Assembly: GCA_964188305.1 (NCBI GenBank)
Contig: OZ076893.1
DNA length: 64,000 bases
Reading direction: 5' to 3' (one strand)
DNA from: Podarcis bocagei
Lineage: Eukaryota
Numbering within the stretch: position 1 is the first letter of the stretch; the number at the start of each line of letters is the position of its first letter. The notes beneath the pieces are model-generated. The model did not search any database, was not told the origin of the DNA, and saw only the letters and a list, made by a program, of their open reading frames with translations. Shown piece by piece: positions 61,304 to 64,000 of this stretch. A program made the translations under genes and the position numbers.

Positions 61304-61542
61304 AGGTAAAGGGAGCCCTGACTGTTGGGTCCAGTCGTGAATGACTCTGGGGTTGCAGCACTCATCTCGCTTTACTGGCCGAGGGAGCCAGTGTACAGCT
61401 TCCGGGTCATGTGGCCAGCATGACTAAGCTGCTTCTGGCGAACCAGAGCAGTGCACGGAAACGCCGTTTACCTTCCCGCTGGAGCAGTACCTATTTATCT
61501 ACTTGCACTTTTACGTGCTTTAAAACTGCTAGGTTGGCAGGA
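61304..61542 (-). mobile_element. 5'-truncated Sauria SINE
   Basis: Reverse complement of the SINE 3' two-thirds; 14-bp TSD GGCAG(A/G)ATTTGGTA at 61290-61303 and 61543-61556. Confidence 0.9.
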
Positions 61543-62497
61543 GGCAGGATTTGGTAGAAACACTGTTAACAGCAGTGAAGAACTGCTGGCCCATGGGCTT
61601 AACTAGGCTTGCCAGGCCCCTGAATGTGGCCTGCAAGGCCATTTTAGGCAAACCACACCCAACTGTCAGTCAATTGGTATATGACATCAAATAGCAAGAT
61701 TTGTTATCTCCAAGCCTAGATCCTAACACTGTGATGCTTAGTACTAAGATTGAAGATAAACCTTTGCCTGCTTTTTATAGTAAATTGCTTTTTATAGTAA
61801 ATGTGCAGACACATTTTTTTTATCTTGTGGTTGTGCTTGTGTCTATTTTTAAAGTTGTTCTGTTAATAGCATTTTATAGAAGATGGTTGCTTTTACTCAT
61901 GATTTGTTAATTATTTTATATGATTTATGTTTTAATTGTGATGTTCTATTATGCTACTGCTATTTATTGTATGTAAGCCACTTTGTGATGTGTGAGTAAA
62001 AAGCAGCAGAGAAATATAATAAATTTAATAATAAATTATCTCTGATCTTAACACTATTGGACCACAGCACAAAGACTGGAGATAAGATTCTGCTTGAAGC
62101 TGGAAGTTTGAATCACCTGACATCCTATGGCATCAGGTGATTGACAGGTTGGACGCCCACCCACCTATCAAAATGACATATGGAGGGTGGGCAGGTTCCA
62201 TTTGTCCACCCCTGATATAAAGCACACAGGAAAGTAGAAAACCAGAAAGAAGGAGAGTGGCTTAGAGGTGTACAATTGCCAATACTGAAACGAAACGGTA
62301 ATCAGTGGGCACTGACTATTATTAGCATCTTTTAATGAACTTTTAGATGTCATAGTGCAGACTGGGACAAGTTGTCAGAACAAAGATAATTATCTAATGT
62401 TTTTTCAACAATAAAGCAATCCTGTTCTCATTCAAGGTACTTAATGTCAAGCTTGGCAGAAAAGATGGAACACTGAAAGGATTCTAACATCTTTACT

Positions 62498-62551
62498 GTT
62501 GTTAGCTGCTCTGAGCCCGGCTTCGGCTGGGGAGGGAGGGATATAAATAAA

Positions 62552-62600
<49 letters not shown>
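62498..62600 (+). mobile_element. LINE (L2/CR1-type) 3' end with (ATT)n tail
   Basis: gttagctgctctgagccc...gggatataaataaa followed by about 15 ATT units. Confidence 0.6.
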
Positions 62601-62602
<2 letters not shown>

Positions 62603-64000
62603 ACTTGTATAGAAAACAAAATGATCAATTTGAGGGCAGAGAAAACGCTGAACTCATGTGGTAATTACAGCCTCAAAAGTGTGTCTGCATATGTGTAATA
62701 GGCATGCACTCTGATTAACATATTACATTGTACAGTAAGCCTGCAATTTATGCGTGTTCAGCTTTATGGGCTTGGGGGGAAATAAAAAATAAAATAAAAG
62801 GCAGTGGAAAGGGGTGGATACACACAGAGAATGAATTCTGAGGCTTTGTCACAACTCTGACTTGATGGAAGGAAAAGCATAATATAAACAAAGACTTTAA
62901 ACTGTAAGGTGAACAAGCATTGGACTGGTGCATAGTGATAAAAAATTCCTGCAGCAGTCTTTCTCCATAGCTGTGCTGCAGACAAAACAATCGAGATCCT
63001 GCCTTTTTGTATCCTCTGAACTCAAGTCTGAGACTGTTTCTTTCAAACAAAACACATGTAGTAACCTAAAAATAAACCTTGGGTTACCACTTGTGTTTTG
63101 TTTGGAGCAAACAAACCATGAGGCCATGTTCAGAAGACATGACAAGCTAGGCTCTGGATTGTTTTGTCAGTGGCACAGCAGCAGCAGGTGAGAAGTGCCC
63201 TGGGAATTCTGCTCATTCACATTATAGTTTAAAATAAACCATGGTTTAACTTAATGTGATGTGCAAACTGAGCCACTGTATGTCATTCTGGAAAGTTCTC
63301 TAACTACAGAAGTAAAAGGGTGGAGTGGAATGACCTGCTGCACAATGAGACCAGCAAATGCAGCTAGTTAGATTGAAGCTCTATGTTTCAGGATTAATTG
63401 TATCACATTCTCCTTTTCAGTTCTTGACTTTGGCTTATAACACAGATTTTGTTCCTCAATCAAGAAAATGAGCGTGCACACAATTTAGTTCAAGAAGACA
63501 AGAAAAACTATTGTGACAACAGTACCACTAATTTAGAAGTCCTTACAGACCTTTACCCACTCTGTCAATTTCCTTTAAAGCCTGAAGCATTATACTTTTC
63601 TCTCTACTATAGCAAGTGTGTGCTGCAACCACATCAATGGCTTTGTATCTGTAGCATTCTAAAGCATCCTCCTCTGTTTGAGCTGCTCTGTGTCATTCTG
63701 ATTTGATTTGCTATTCAGGTTGAATTTGATCTGTTAAACCTGAAGCTGTTTTATTCCCATAACTATAAAGGGGAATTAAAAAAAATAGCTATATTTCCCC
63801 CCTTTTCATATAACTGGGTGTAATTTGCAGGCAAAAGAGTTCATCCAGAGTGGATTAAGCTTGCCAAAGTTCAGGCAGACCCAACCAGTGGACTTCGTGC
63901 CAGGAAACATTAAAGTTGTTGAGGGTTTTTAAGAGTGTTTTATTTTCTAGCAGAATTGCATACAAATTGTATGTATTGTTCTCTCCTTTTGAGAGAGTGA

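Noticed and set aside
60327-64000. Further VCPIP1 exons
   Set aside because: No matching coding segment seen; region treated as intron

Overview
Vertebrate (squamate, probably lacertid lizard, judged from Sauria SINE copies) genomic DNA syntenic with human 8q13.1. It holds the complete 6-exon VXN (vexin/C8orf46) CDS on + (4150-16668, 209 aa), the complete 16-exon MYBL1 (A-Myb) CDS on - (48454-30554, 749 aa) with its CpG-island promoter, an intron-containing tRNA-Tyr(GTA) gene about 0.9 kb upstream of the MYBL1 ATG, and the last coding exon of VCPIP1 on - (60326-59452). Exon boundaries were derived by hand from splice sites and frame continuity; homology calls rest on remembered sequences, not searches. 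Interspersed are Sauria and other SINEs, Tc1/mariner and hAT MITEs, a solo LTR with TSD, a U6 retrocopy and a 200-N gap. Most notable: (i) a perfect 107-bp inverted repeat made of two Penelope-type pLTR halves, each with a minimal hammerhead-ribozyme core, inserted in a microsatellite in VXN intron 5; (ii) a U6 retropseudogene whose substitutions are mostly clustered A>G in ADAR-favoured contexts; (iii) a half-decayed SH3 domain in lizard vexin; (iv) a regulatory stack at MYBL1 (tRNA gene, inverted MYB sites, CHR/CCAAT, overlapping uORF, miR-15/16 and miR-130/301 sites).
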